Shown here: one piece after another, positions 1 to 9,549 of the stretch
Layout: each line of letters starts with the position of its first letter
Position numbering within the stretch: position 1 is the stretch's first letter
Notes under the pieces: generated by a model
What the model saw: only the letters and a program-made list of their open reading frames with translations
What the model was told of the DNA's origin: nothing
Database searches by the model: none
Source: Burkholderiales bacterium
GTDB taxonomy: Bacteria; Pseudomonadota; Gammaproteobacteria; Burkholderiales; JACMKV01
Direction: 5' to 3'
DNA length: 48,019 bases
Assembly (NCBI GenBank): GCA_013695435.1
Contig: JACDAM010000060.1
Span: 1-48,019 of the forward strand
Translations under genes and position numbers: made by a program

Positions 1-2
1 GC

Positions 3-451
3 ACCGCCGATGAGGCGGTGCTGTCTCTACAAATTGCTCGTGTTGAAATTGAACGCGGTAACTACCGCGAGGCTTTGGCGATTTCGTCGAAGGCATTGCC
101 AACGCTTGAAAAGAGCCTTGGCCCTGATAGGATATACTGACAACCCGCAATAATGTTGCCAATTGGACGGGCGATACGGGCAATGCACCGGAAGCGCTGC
201 GCTTACTAACTGAACTGCTGCCCGATATAAAAAGAGTATTCATCGACCCGGACCATCCCCTGACGCTCACTGTTCGCTGCGGCATCGCGCATTGGACCGG
301 AGCAGCGGGCGAGTCTCAGCGAGCCCTAAGCCTGTTCCGGGAATTGCTGCCGATAGAGCAGCGAGTACGCGGTCCCAATCATCCGGAAACGGTACGCGTC
401 CGGGATTCGATTGGCCGGTTGGAAACTCAAGGATACCGTCCATATTATTGA
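3..451 (+). pseudogene. C-terminal part of a TPR-repeat protein (TPR_10/12-like 'LGPDHPDTL..R.N.A.W.G' repeats). It is cut by the window edge and frameshifted near 125-131.
   Basis: Frame 3 reads TADEAVLSLQIARVEIERGNYREALAISSKALPTLEKSLGPD and then stops at TGA 138-140. Frame 2 continues from 131 with DILTTRNNVANWTGDTGNAPEALRLLTELLPDIKRVFIDPDHPLTLTVRCGIAHWTGAAGESQRALSLFRELLPIEQRVRGPNHPETVRVRDSIGRLE and stops at TGA 449-451. The repeat unit is interrupted where 'HP' is expected. Local GC is visibly lower than in the rest of the window. Confidence 0.5.
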
Positions 452-593
452 CGTTCGACGTCGTTGGCGGGGAGGTGGGCACACGCGCAGGATTGCAACG
501 TGCTTCGCATCACGTTTCGGCATTTAACAAACGGGCGATTGATGATAAGTTGTGCGCAATTCTGTTACTCGAGTTTAGAAGCAAAGCACAAAA

Positions 594-628
594 CAAAAAA
601 CGCCCGACATGCGGGCGTTTTGCTTTTC
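594..628 (-). terminator. Rho-independent terminator downstream of dsbA. T-rich flanks on both strands suggest it may work in both directions.
   Basis: The stem pairs aacgcccg (599-606) with cgggcgtt (612-619) around a 5-nt loop. On the minus strand it is followed by TTTTTTGTTTT, and on the plus strand by TTTTGCTTTT. Confidence 0.7.
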
Positions 629-638
629 TGGAATCCTT

Positions 639-1292
639 CTACCCCGCCTTCTTCCCCGCCCCCTCCTGTCGCGCCTTGGCGACCAGCTGGTCGAGCACGG
701 CCAGAAAGCTCTGATAATTTCCTGTCATTGACGGTGATGTCAGATATTTCCCGGCGACGACGACCGATGGTGTTCCCGTGATGCCGTAGTTTTTGGTCTT
801 CTGCACTGACTGCTGCGATTTGCTCTCGACGGTGAAAGAGTTGTACATGTCGGAAAATTTTTTGGCGTCGACGCCGTGTTGTTCGGCCCATTTCGCCATC
901 AATTTCGGGTCGTTCAAATCGAGCTTCTTATTGTGGACGGCGTCGAATACGTCCTGATGCAGCTTATCCAGCGCGCCCAGCGCTTCCAGGGTGTAGAAGG
1001 TTTTAGTCAGCGGAATCCACGAATCGCGAAACACTGTCGGAACGCGCTTGTATTCGACGTCGCCCGGCTGTTTCTTCACCCACGGTTCCAGCGCCGACTG
1101 CAAATCGTAGCAATGCGGGCAGCCGTAGTAGAAAAATTCGAGCACCTCGATCTTGTTGCCCGAAGCAGTCGGCTGCGGGCGTTCGAGCACGCGATAATCC
1201 TTGTTCACGACCGGTTCGGCGGCATTGCAGGCTACGGTCAGGCCGACCAGGCTGAACAAAAAAGCCTGAGCTGCGCGTTGGATGAATCTCAA
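639..1292 (-). CDS. dsbA: Thiol:disulfide interchange protein DsbA (periplasmic).
   Basis: CPHC active-site motif (FFYYGCPHCY) and a signal peptide (LFSLVGLTVACNAAEP). I placed the start at TTG 1292, which has AAGGAG 7 nt upstream. The track ORF extends to another TTG at 1358. Confidence 0.9.
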   Translation of the reverse strand: MRFIQRAAQAFLFSLVGLTVACNAAEPVVNKDYRVLERPQPTASGNKIEVLEFFYYGCPHCYDLQSALEPWVKKQPGDVEYKRVPTVFRDSWIPLTKTFYTLEALGALDKLHQDVFDAVHNKKLDLNDPKLMAKWAEQHGVDAKKFSDMYNSFTVESKSQQSVQKTKNYGITGTPSVVVAGKYLTSPSMTGNYQSFLAVLDQLVAKARQEGAGKKAG

Positions 1293-1367
1293 TAGTTTCT
1301 CCTTGGAAATGCGGTGAGCGCGTGAAAAACGGAAATGCGCAGTCAACGCCGTGGGCAACGCCGCAGC

Positions 1368-2009
1368 TCAGCCACTGACCTTGATTAGACTGGCTTCAAT
1401 TCCGTTTTGTTTCAAGGTTTCGCGCGCGCGGTTCAGCTCTTCGCTTGTGGAAAAGGGGCCTAGCCGCACGCGATGCCAGATACCTTTGTCTGGCAAGGTC
1501 GTCGTTTGCACACGCGCTTCGACGCCGAGCAGCGCCAGCTCCGCCTTCATGCGGTCGGCCTCGGCCGCATTCTGAAACGCGCCCGCCTGCAGGAAATACG
1601 CGCTCCTCGCGCGCGCGGCCGGCGGTTGCGCAGTCGCCTGCTTGAATTGCTGATCGCTGACGACTTCATCGCCGGGCAGGATTTTATAGAATTCGAAACG
1701 CGGCTTGGCGTCCTCTGACACCGGCGCTCGCGCGGTCCTGGCATTATCGCCGGCAGCCGGCGTCTCGACATTCGCTTCTCCGGACTTGACCGCCGGCTGC
1801 GCAACGTTGGCAGGCTTTGCGCGCTCGCTCAGAAACGGACTCGGCATTTTGTAAACATACCAGGCGACGCCGAAAGCGATCGCGAAGCCGAGCAGTATGC
1901 CGATAAAAACGCCAATCAGCATCGGACCAGCGGCGCTGCGCGTCGCCAATCTCACGGGAGCGTTTTTGTAATCCTGGTTTTTGTAATCCTGTTCATAATC
2001 CTGATTCAT
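1368..2009 (-). CDS. SPOR domain-containing cell-division/peptidoglycan-binding protein (DedD/FtsN-like).
   Basis: N-terminal TM segment (GPMLIGVFIGILLGFAIAFGVAWYV) and a C-terminal SPOR domain (YFLQAGAFQNAAEADRMKAELALLGVEARV...HRVRLGPFSTSEELNRARETLKQNG). ATG start with AGAGG upstream. It sits in the common argS-SPOR-dsbA arrangement. Confidence 0.85.
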   Translation of the reverse strand: MNQDYEQDYKNQDYKNAPVRLATRSAAGPMLIGVFIGILLGFAIAFGVAWYVYKMPSPFLSERAKPANVAQPAVKSGEANVETPAAGDNARTARAPVSEDAKPRFEFYKILPGDEVVSDQQFKQATAQPPAARARSAYFLQAGAFQNAAEADRMKAELALLGVEARVQTTTLPDKGIWHRVRLGPFSTSEELNRARETLKQNGIEASLIKVSG

Positions 2010-2050
2010 TCAGACCTCTTGATCGCTTGGCGAACGCATGCGGGAAAGCG

Positions 2051-2081
2051 CGCGAACGCCTTACACCAAAACGCGTTCGCG
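2051..2081 (-). other. Stem-loop in the argS-SPOR gene spacer, possibly a weak terminator or attenuator.
   Basis: 9-bp stem, cgcgaacgc (2051-2059) paired with gcgttcgcg (2073-2081), around a 13-nt loop. There is no clear U-tract. A third partial copy, ggcgaacgc, lies at 2029-2037. Confidence 0.3.
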
Positions 2082-2100
2082 GATAAACCCGATTCCATTG

Positions 2101-3750
2101 TTACATCTTTTCCGGCGCGCTTACACCCAATAACGCCAAACCATTTTTGACGATCTGACCGGTCGCGGCAACCAGCTTCAGGCGCGCGAGTTTGACGGCT
2201 TCGTCATCGACCAGAAAGTGCGTGGAATTGTAGTAGCTGTGAAATTCAGCGGCCAATTCGCGCAGGTAAAATGTAACGAGATGCGGCGACAGCTCACGGC
2301 AGCCGGCTTCGACAACTTCCGAAAAATCCCGCAAGCGGCGCAGCAGCGCGAATTCCTGTTCGCTGTTCAGGGGGGAGGCATCGGCCTCAGCCAGCGCCAT
2401 GCAGTCGCCGCCCCATTCGCGCATCACACTGCAAATGCGGGCGTGCGCGTACTGCACGTAGTAAACCGGATTGTCGTTGCTTTGCGATTTGGCGAGATCG
2501 AGATCAAACTCCAGATGCTGATCGCTTTTGCGCAGCAGAAAAAAGAAGCGCGTGGCGTCCGCGCCGACATCGTCGATCAGATCGCGCAACGTGACGTAAC
2601 CGCCCGCGCGTTTCGAAATCTTCACTTCACAGCCGGCGCGCATTACGGTGACCATCTGATGTAGTACGGAATCCGGATAGCCGGACGGAATGCCGAAATC
2701 GAGCGCCTGCAAGCCGGCGCGAACCCGCGTCACCGTGCTGTGGTGGTCAGCCCCCTGCACATTGATCGCGCGGGTGAAACCGCGCCGCCATTTGGTGACG
2801 TGATACGCGACATCGGGGACGAAGTAGGTGTAGCTGCCGTCGCGTTTCTTCATGACGCGATCCTTGTCGTCGCCGAACTCGGTCGTCTTTAACCACAGCG
2901 CGTCATCTTGCTCGTAAGTTTTGCCGGCGGCTTGCAACGCGTTGACGGTTTGTTCGAGCTTGCCATCGTCATACAGCGACGATTCGAGATAATAGCAATC
3001 GAAGATCACGCCGAATGCGCGCAGATCGCGATCCTGCTCGTTACGCAGCGCCCGCACGGCAAAGCGCGTGATCGCGGCGAGATTATCGCCGGCGCCATTT
3101 TCGGGATGCGCGTTGGCATAGGCATCGGCGATCTCGCAGACGTATTCGCCGTGGTAACCGTCGTCAGGGACGGTTGCGTCCCGCCCGCGGCGCTGGCGCA
3201 ATCGCGCCTGCACGCTGAGGCCGAGGTTGTTTATTTGCGCGCCGGCGTCGTTGTAGTAGAACTCGCGGGATACGTCCCAACCGCTGGCCTCGAGCAAGCT
3301 GCAAATCGCATCACCGAGCGCCGCCTGTCTGCCATGGCCGACGTGCAGCGGACCGGTCGGATTGGCCGATACGAATTCGACGACGACTTTTCTGCCGGCG
3401 CCGACTTCGCTGCGGCCATAAGCGTCGCCGCGCGACCAGATCTCGCGCAAAACTTCGCGCTTTGCCGGCGGCTGCAGGAACAGATTGACAAAACCGCCGC
3501 CGGCGATTTCGGCTTTTTCGATGTACGGCGAAGCCGGCAGCGCCGCGACCAGTTGCGCAGCGACCTCGCGCGGATTGCGCTTCAGCGGCTTGGCCAATTG
3601 CAGCGCGAGATTGCACGCATAGTCGCCGTGCTGCACTTGCTTCGGGCGTTCGAGCTGCACCGTCGCCGCGGCCTCGGGTGCGACCGCGCGCAATGCCGCC
3701 GTCATAAGCGCGGTCAATTCGGTTTTTATGTCGGCGCCCGGCTGAAGCAT
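2101..3750 (-). CDS. argS: Arginine--tRNA ligase.
   Basis: Class I signature region ([14 protein letters not shown]), a KMSK-like region ([21 protein letters not shown]) and the typical C-terminal ...[11 protein letters not shown] start. Confidence 0.95.
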   Translation of the reverse strand: MLQPGADIKTELTALMTAALRAVAPEAAATVQLERPKQVQHGDYACNLALQLAKPLKRNPREVAAQLVAALPASPYIEKAEIAGGGFVNLFLQPPAKREVLREIWSRGDAYGRSEVGAGRKVVVEFVSANPTGPLHVGHGRQAALGDAICSLLEASGWDVSREFYYNDAGAQINNLGLSVQARLRQRRGRDATVPDDGYHGEYVCEIADAYANAHPENGAGDNLAAITRFAVRALRNEQDRDLRAFGVIFDCYYLESSLYDDGKLEQTVNALQAAGKTYEQDDALWLKTTEFGDDKDRVMKKRDGSYTYFVPDVAYHVTKWRRGFTRAINVQGADHHSTVTRVRAGLQALDFGIPSGYPDSVLHQMVTVMRAGCEVKISKRAGGYVTLRDLIDDVGADATRFFFLLRKSDQHLEFDLDLAKSQSNDNPVYYVQYAHARICSVMREWGGDCMALAEADASPLNSEQEFALLRRLRDFSEVVEAGCRELSPHLVTFYLRELAAEFHSYYNSTHFLVDDEAVKLARLKLVAATGQIVKNGLALLGVSAPEKM

Positions 3751-3766
3751 CTCACCCCCACCCTAA

Positions 3767-3817
3767 CCTTCCCCAGTCCCCGGCTTAATGCCCTGCCGGG
3801 GCAGGCAAGGGGGAAGG
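3767..3817 (-). other. Nested GC-rich stem-loop between the priA stop and the argS start.
   Basis: The outer stem pairs ccttcccc (3767-3774) with ggggaagg (3810-3817). The inner stem pairs ccccggc with gccgggg. No U-tract follows on the minus strand. Confidence 0.3.
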
Positions 3818-3875
3818 AATGGTTCGTCGCAGAGTTGGCATCGACAATCGGTACGAGCTTCATCCATCGCAGGCG

Positions 3876-6110
3876 TCAGAATTCGAGGGGATCGACATCC
3901 AGCGACCAGCGTATTTTTTTGCCTTTCTGGTCGAGCAGTTGTGGATGCCAAAGCGTCAGAAAAGCCTGCAGTGATTGGCGAGACGGCGATTGTACCAACA
4001 ATTGCGCACGCTCCATCCCGGCCACGCGGGCGGGCTGGGCCGTGACCGGTTCGAAAACCTTGATACCCGGATGGCCAAGACGCGCCGCCGATTGCGCCGC
4101 TGCCGCGAGGAAATCCTGCGCGGCGGTGAATGCGCGCGCTTCGGCGCGCAACAGCGTCTGATACACATAAGGCGGAAAGCCGGCGCGTTCGCGTTCGGCG
4201 AGCAGTGTTTCGGCGAAAGCCGTGTAATCGTGCGCGATGACCGCGCTGTAGAGCGGATGCCCGGCAAACTGCGTCTGGATCAGAACTTCGCCGCGCGTCG
4301 CCGCCCGTCCGGCGCGGCCCGACACCTGGATCAATTGCGCGAACAACCGCTCGGAAGCGCGCCAATCCGAACTGTACAGCGAGCTGTCGGCATTCAGCAC
4401 GCCGACCAGCGTGAGTCCGGCGAAGTCGTGCCCCTTGGCCAGCATCTGGGTGCCGACCAGGATGTCGATGCGGCCTTCGCCGATCGCCGTCAGCATGCCC
4501 TGCCATGCGGATTTGCGGCGCACGCTATCGCTATCGACGCGCAGAATGCGTGCGCCGGGAAACAAGCGCGTCAATGCCGCTTCGACACGCTGCGTACCGT
4601 GGCCGATCGCCGTGATGTCCTGGTTGCCGCATGCCGGGCACGCGATCGGCGGCGCCTCTTGGTGTCCGCAAAGATGGCAGCGCAATCGCCGCTCGCGCAA
4701 ATGCAGCACGAGATAGCTCGCGCACCGTGCGCACGCCGATTTCCAGCCGCATGCGCTGCACATCAGCACCGGCGAATAACCGCGCCGGTTGATGAATACC
4801 AGGCTTTGCTCGCCGCGTTCAAAGCGCGCAGCGATCGCTTCGAGCAGGACTTTGGACAAGCCATCGACGAGAGGTTCGCGGCTGACGTCGATACAGCGCA
4901 CGCTCGGCAGCTCGGCGCCTGCGGCGGCGCGAGCGGTCAATCGCAGCATGCGGAAGCGGCCGGCGCGGGCGTTGTAATAAGTCTCCAAAGCGGGTGTTGC
5001 CGAGCCAAGCACGATGCGCGCGTTCTGCTGTCGGGCGCGAAAAATCGCGAGATCGCGCGCCGAGTAGCGCAAACCTTCATGCTGCTTGAACGAGCTGTCC
5101 TGCTCCTCGTCGACGACGATCAGCCCGAGCCTCGCCAGCGGCGTGAAAACGGCAAGCCGCGTGCCGAGCACGATTTGGGCGCGGCCGGCTTGCGCGGCGA
5201 GCCAATTTGCAGTGCGCTCGCCGGCAGCGAGACTGCTGTGCAGCGTGACCAGATTCGCCTGTGGAAAGCGCGCGCGGAAGCGACTTTCGAGTTGCGGCGT
5301 CAAGGCGATTTCCGGCACCAGCACGAGCGCCTGTTCGCCTGCCTCGAGCACGTGCGCGATCACGCGCATATAGATTTCGGTCTTGCCGCTGCCGGTGATC
5401 CCGTGTAGCAACCAGACGTTGAAACCAGGCGCTTCGGCGAGAATTGCATCGACTCCGGCTTGCTGTTCGGCCGTCAGGCGCGGCTCCGCGATCTCCGCAT
5501 GGCGGGTCGATGTCGCGACCGGCGCCGCGATTTTTTCAACCCAGCCCAGGGCGCTCATTTCGAGCAAGGCCTTGATCGCGCGCGGCGAAATTGCGCGCGC
5601 TTCCTCTTCCGCAAGTTCGGACTGGCGCAAGTGCGCGAGCAATCTGCGTTTAACGACGTGACGCCTGGGCAACATCGAATCATCGCGTTCGCGGCCGGCC
5701 TCGCTCAGGCGAAACGCAAGCTTCAATCGCTGCTTGATGGGCTTCGCCGCGCGCAACGCAGTCGGCAGCGCGTTCATCACGACCTGCCCAAGCGGGTGAT
5801 GATAATAATCACTGCAAAAGCGTAGCAGCGAGAGAAGATCGGGCGACAGCGGCGGCACGTCGCGCAGGATGCGCGTCAGCGGTTTCAGGCGCGAATCGGC
5901 AATCCCGCTCGTCGTGGCGAGTTCGATGATCACACCGACGCGCTGACGGTTGCCGAACGGCACTTGCACGCGCGAACCGATATCGCCGCATGACAAGTCG
6001 TCCGGCGCCAGATAATCGAACAAACCATGAACAGGGACATCGAGAGCGACACGGGCGATGCGCGCACCGTGATCGCTTTTGGCATCCTGCGACGATGAAC
6101 CTTCCGCCAA
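3876..6110 (-). CDS. priA: Primosomal replication restart helicase PriA.
   Basis: IARVALDVPVHGLFDYL N-terminus, Walker A (GITGSGKTEIY), DEEQ box (VVDEEQDSSFK) and a Cys-rich Zn-binding insert (CSACGWKSACARCASYLVLH...CHLCGHQ...CPACGN). The track ORF (to 6761) runs through hemE, so the true start must lie below 6137. Candidates are TTG 6110 (GGAAG upstream) or GTG 6128. Confidence 0.9.
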   Translation of the reverse strand: MAEGSSSQDAKSDHGARIARVALDVPVHGLFDYLAPDDLSCGDIGSRVQVPFGNRQRVGVIIELATTSGIADSRLKPLTRILRDVPPLSPDLLSLLRFCSDYYHHPLGQVVMNALPTALRAAKPIKQRLKLAFRLSEAGRERDDSMLPRRHVVKRRLLAHLRQSELAEEEARAISPRAIKALLEMSALGWVEKIAAPVATSTRHAEIAEPRLTAEQQAGVDAILAEAPGFNVWLLHGITGSGKTEIYMRVIAHVLEAGEQALVLVPEIALTPQLESRFRARFPQANLVTLHSSLAAGERTANWLAAQAGRAQIVLGTRLAVFTPLARLGLIVVDEEQDSSFKQHEGLRYSARDLAIFRARQQNARIVLGSATPALETYYNARAGRFRMLRLTARAAAGAELPSVRCIDVSREPLVDGLSKVLLEAIAARFERGEQSLVFINRRGYSPVLMCSACGWKSACARCASYLVLHLRERRLRCHLCGHQEAPPIACPACGNQDITAIGHGTQRVEAALTRLFPGARILRVDSDSVRRKSAWQGMLTAIGEGRIDILVGTQMLAKGHDFAGLTLVGVLNADSSLYSSDWRASERLFAQLIQVSGRAGRAATRGEVLIQTQFAGHPLYSAVIAHDYTAFAETLLAERERAGFPPYVYQTLLRAEARAFTAAQDFLAAAAQSAARLGHPGIKVFEPVTAQPARVAGMERAQLLVQSPSRQSLQAFLTLWHPQLLDQKGKKIRWSLDVDPLEF

Positions 6111-6136
6111 CAGTGAAGCTTCCGCCACGGGCTCGC

Positions 6137-7216
6137 TCAGGCCGCGGGCGCCGGGCGGTGATATTGCGGGCTGATGCGACGCACCGCTTCGACCATCGCA
6201 AGCACGCGATCGGGTTGCGTGAATTGAGAGATGCCGTGACCAAGGTTGAAGACGTGCCCATTGCCCGCGCCAAAACTCGCCAGAACTTTTGCCACCTCGG
6301 CCTCGATCACCTTGGGCTCGGCAAACAGGACAAACGGATCGAGATTTCCCTGCAGCGCAACGCGCCCGCCTATCGCGCTGCGCGCCTTCCCGATATCGAC
6401 CGTCCAGTCGAGGCCTACGCCATCGCAGCCGCATTCGGCCATATCGTTCAGCCATGCGCCGCCGCCCTTGGTAAAGACGATGATCGGCACGCGCGCGCCG
6501 TCGCGTTCGCGGATCAGGCCGGCGATGATTTTGCTCATGTAGCCGAGCGAGAACTCGAGATAGGCGGCATGCGACAATGCCCCGCCCCAGGTATCGAAAA
6601 TCATCACGGCTTGCGCGCCGTGTTCGACCTGGGCATTGAGATAAGCGGTGACGGCGCGCGCGTTTACGTCGAGGATACGATGCAGCAAATCGGGGCGGCG
6701 ATACAGCATGGTCTTGAGGTGGCGAAAATCGCTGCTGGCGCCGCCTTCGATCATGTAGCACGCGAGCGTAAACGGGCTGCCGGAAAAGCCGATCAGCGGC
6801 ACCGAATCGTTCAAGGCGCGGCGAATCTCGCCAACAGCTTCCAGCACGTAGCGCAGTTCCGCCGCGGGATCGGGCGCGGCGAGCGCCAGGATATCGCGCT
6901 CGTCGCGCAATGGGCGATGAAATTTCGGGCCTGCGCCGTTTGCGAAATACAAACCCAAACCCATCGCATCAGGGATGGTCAGGATGTCGGAAAACAGGAT
7001 CGCGGCGTCGAGCGGGAAACGTTGCAGCGGCTGCAATGTGACTTCGCTTGCGAATGCGGGATTTTTGCACAGCGAGAGAAAATCGCCGGCGCGCGCGCGC
7101 GTTTCATTGTATTCGGGCAGATAGCGGCCGGCTTGGCGCATCAGCCAAACCGGCGTGTACGGAACCGGCTGGCGCGACAATGCGCGCAGGAACGTGTCGT
7201 TTTTTGGCGCGCCCAT
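6137..7216 (-). CDS. hemE: Uroporphyrinogen decarboxylase.
   Basis: N-terminal [31 protein letters not shown] is the classic HemE signature. 359 aa. Confidence 0.95.
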   Translation of the reverse strand: MGAPKNDTFLRALSRQPVPYTPVWLMRQAGRYLPEYNETRARAGDFLSLCKNPAFASEVTLQPLQRFPLDAAILFSDILTIPDAMGLGLYFANGAGPKFHRPLRDERDILALAAPDPAAELRYVLEAVGEIRRALNDSVPLIGFSGSPFTLACYMIEGGASSDFRHLKTMLYRRPDLLHRILDVNARAVTAYLNAQVEHGAQAVMIFDTWGGALSHAAYLEFSLGYMSKIIAGLIRERDGARVPIIVFTKGGGAWLNDMAECGCDGVGLDWTVDIGKARSAIGGRVALQGNLDPFVLFAEPKVIEAEVAKVLASFGAGNGHVFNLGHGISQFTQPDRVLAMVEAVRRISPQYHRPAPAA

Positions 7217-7219
7217 GTG

Positions 7220-7933
7220 CTAGGCGAACAACGCGGCAATCTGCTGCTGAATTTTCTCCGCCGCCGCGCGCGGATCGGCAGCGTCGCGGATCGGCCGGCC
7301 GACGACGACGTAATCGGCGCCGCTTCGGAAAGCGTGTTCTGCGGTTACGACGCGCTTCTGGTCATCGGTCGATTGATTATCGACCGGGCGTATGCCGGGC
7401 GTCACAACCAGCAGACGTTCGCCAAGCTGCTCGCGCAACTTGCCCGCTTCGAGGCCGGATGAAATGACGCCGTCACAACCGGCCTCGAGCGCACGCCGCG
7501 CGCGCGACAGCACCAGATGCTCGACGTCGCAGGCGAAACCGAGATCGTCGAGATCGCCGCGGTCCAGGCTGGTCAGGGCGGTGACCGCCAGGATTTTTAT
7601 CTCGCCCTTGGCTTCCGCCGCCGCTTCCATGATGGCCTGATTGCCGTGCACGGTCGCGAAGGTCGCGCCTCTGCTGCTCAATTGACGGACCGCCGAGCGC
7701 ACGGTTTCCGGCACGTCGAAAAACTTCAGATCGACAAAAACTTTCTTGCGCCTGGCGCTCAGCCATTCCATCAATTCGAAATAGCCTCCGGCCATGAAAA
7801 GTTCGAGGCCGAGCTTGTAGAAAACGACGGAATCGCCGAGCGCTTCAACGAGCTGGCGGGCGCGCCCCGCCTCCGCCACGTCGAGCGCAAAAATCAGGCG
7901 CTCGGGCGGCGCGATCGCTTTCGTCGATAGCAT
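7220..7933 (-). CDS. pyrF: Orotidine 5'-phosphate decarboxylase.
   Basis: Motifs LIFALDV, FYKLGLELF, VFVDLKFFDVPETV and VVVGRPI. Its stop lies 3 nt before the hemE start. Confidence 0.93.
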   Translation of the reverse strand: MLSTKAIAPPERLIFALDVAEAGRARQLVEALGDSVVFYKLGLELFMAGGYFELMEWLSARRKKVFVDLKFFDVPETVRSAVRQLSSRGATFATVHGNQAIMEAAAEAKGEIKILAVTALTSLDRGDLDDLGFACDVEHLVLSRARRALEAGCDGVISSGLEAGKLREQLGERLLVVTPGIRPVDNQSTDDQKRVVTAEHAFRSGADYVVVGRPIRDAADPRAAAEKIQQQIAALFA

Positions 7934-7967
7934 CGGATGATTCGCAGCGAGAAACCGGCTGAAACGA

Positions 7968-9410
7968 TCAACGCGGCAGTTCGGAACTGCCCATCAGGAA
8001 CTCGTCGACGGCGCGCGCAGCCTGGCGGCCCTCGCGAATCGCCCACACGACGAGCGATTGGCCGCGGCGCATGTCGCCAGCCGCGAACACTTTCGGAATC
8101 GAAGTCTGATAACGCAGCGTGTCGGCGGCGACGTTGCCGCGCGCGTCCAGGCCGACGCCCAATTCCCGCAGCATGCCCTCGTGCACCGGATGCAGATAAC
8201 CCATCGCAAGCAGCACGAGATCAGCCTTGATGTCGAATTCACTGCCGGCCATTTCCTGCATTGCCCACGCGCCCTTGCCGTCCTTTTTCCATTCGAGGCG
8301 AATCGCGTGCAGCTTTTTGACGCGGCCGTTCGCTCCGGAAAACGCTTTGGTGGCGACACTCCAGTCTCGCGCGCAGCCTTCCTCCTGCGAGGACGAAGTG
8401 CGCATCTTCATCGGCCAATTCGGCCAGGTCAACGGCTTGTTTTCTTTTTCCGGCGGCTGCGGCAGCAATTCGAATTGCGTGATAGCGACAGCTCCCTGGC
8501 GAATCGAAGTGCCGATACAGTCGGAGCCGGTATCGCCGCCGCCGATGACAACTACATGTTTGCCCTTGGCCGCCACGCTGATCTCGTCCGCCACGCGGTC
8601 ACCCGCATTGCGCTTGTTCTGCTGCGGCAGAAAATCCATCGCGTACATGATGCCGTCGAGCTCGCGGCCGGGAACCGGCAGATTGCGCGGGTCCTCCGAG
8701 CCGCCAGTCAGCACGACCGCGTCAAATTCGCCGAGTAGTTGTCTGGCCGCAACGTTGACGCCGATATGCTGGTTGACGCGGAACTCGACGCCCTCCGCGC
8801 TCATCTGTTGCATGCGCCGATCGATCAGATGCTTTTCCATCTTGAAATCCGGAATCCCGTACCGCATGAGGCCGCCAATGCGGTCGTTCTTCTCGAACAG
8901 CACGACATCGTGGCCGGCGCGCGCGAGCTGCTGCGAACACGCGAGCCCGGCCGGACCCGAACCGACGACTGCGACGCGCTTGCCGGTTTTGCGATGCGGC
9001 GGCTGCGGCGCGACCCAGCCTTCCGCCCACGCCTTGTCGATGATCGCGTGCTCGATCGATTTGATCGTGACCGGATCGTCATTGATGTTCAGGGTGCACG
9101 CGGCTTCACACGGCGCCGGACAGATGCGTCCGGTGAATTCCGGAAAGTTGTTGGTCGAATGCAGAACCTCGATCGCCTCGCGCCAATTCTGGCGGTAAAC
9201 CAGATCGTTCCAGTCCGGAATGATGTTGTTGACCGGGCAACCGGTCTGGCAAAACGGAATGCCGCAATCCATGCAGCGCGCGCCCTGCTTGCCGATCTCG
9301 GCATCGGGAAGCGGAAAAATAAATTCGCGGTAATTGCGGACGCGCTCGGTGATCGGCAGATACTTTGGGTCGTGCCGCTCGATCTCCATGAATCCTGTGG
9401 GTTTTCCCAC
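7968..9410 (-). CDS. gltD: Glutamate synthase (NADPH) small subunit.
   Basis: [12 protein letters not shown]-terminus, Fe-S cysteines (CMDCGIPFC...GCP), NAD(P)/FAD-binding motifs ([25 protein letters not shown]). The start is probably GTG 9410 (GGGAG 8 nt upstream). An ATG at 9428 is the alternative. Confidence 0.93.
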   Translation of the reverse strand: MGKPTGFMEIERHDPKYLPITERVRNYREFIFPLPDAEIGKQGARCMDCGIPFCQTGCPVNNIIPDWNDLVYRQNWREAIEVLHSTNNFPEFTGRICPAPCEAACTLNINDDPVTIKSIEHAIIDKAWAEGWVAPQPPHRKTGKRVAVVGSGPAGLACSQQLARAGHDVVLFEKNDRIGGLMRYGIPDFKMEKHLIDRRMQQMSAEGVEFRVNQHIGVNVAARQLLGEFDAVVLTGGSEDPRNLPVPGRELDGIMYAMDFLPQQNKRNAGDRVADEISVAAKGKHVVVIGGGDTGSDCIGTSIRQGAVAITQFELLPQPPEKENKPLTWPNWPMKMRTSSSQEEGCARDWSVATKAFSGANGRVKKLHAIRLEWKKDGKGAWAMQEMAGSEFDIKADLVLLAMGYLHPVHEGMLRELGVGLDARGNVAADTLRYQTSIPKVFAAGDMRRGQSLVVWAIREGRQAARAVDEFLMGSSELPR

Positions 9411-9549
9411 TTGGGCAACTCCCTGCAAGTTTTGTGGTGCCAGCGTTACGCGAGTGTGGCGCCGGTAACCCGGTCCGGCTTATACGTAATGCGTAAGCAA
9501 GTGGTTTCCGGCGACTAAAGGAGAACAGCGCTGCTGTGTGGGCGCGCGT

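Noticed and set aside
6111-6761. N-terminal 217-aa extension of the priA ORF (the track ORF is 3876-6761).
   Set aside because: The extension overlaps hemE out of frame. Its sequence is Arg-rich nonsense. The conserved PriA N-terminus (IARVALDVP...) begins just below the hemE stop, where GTG and TTG starts are available.
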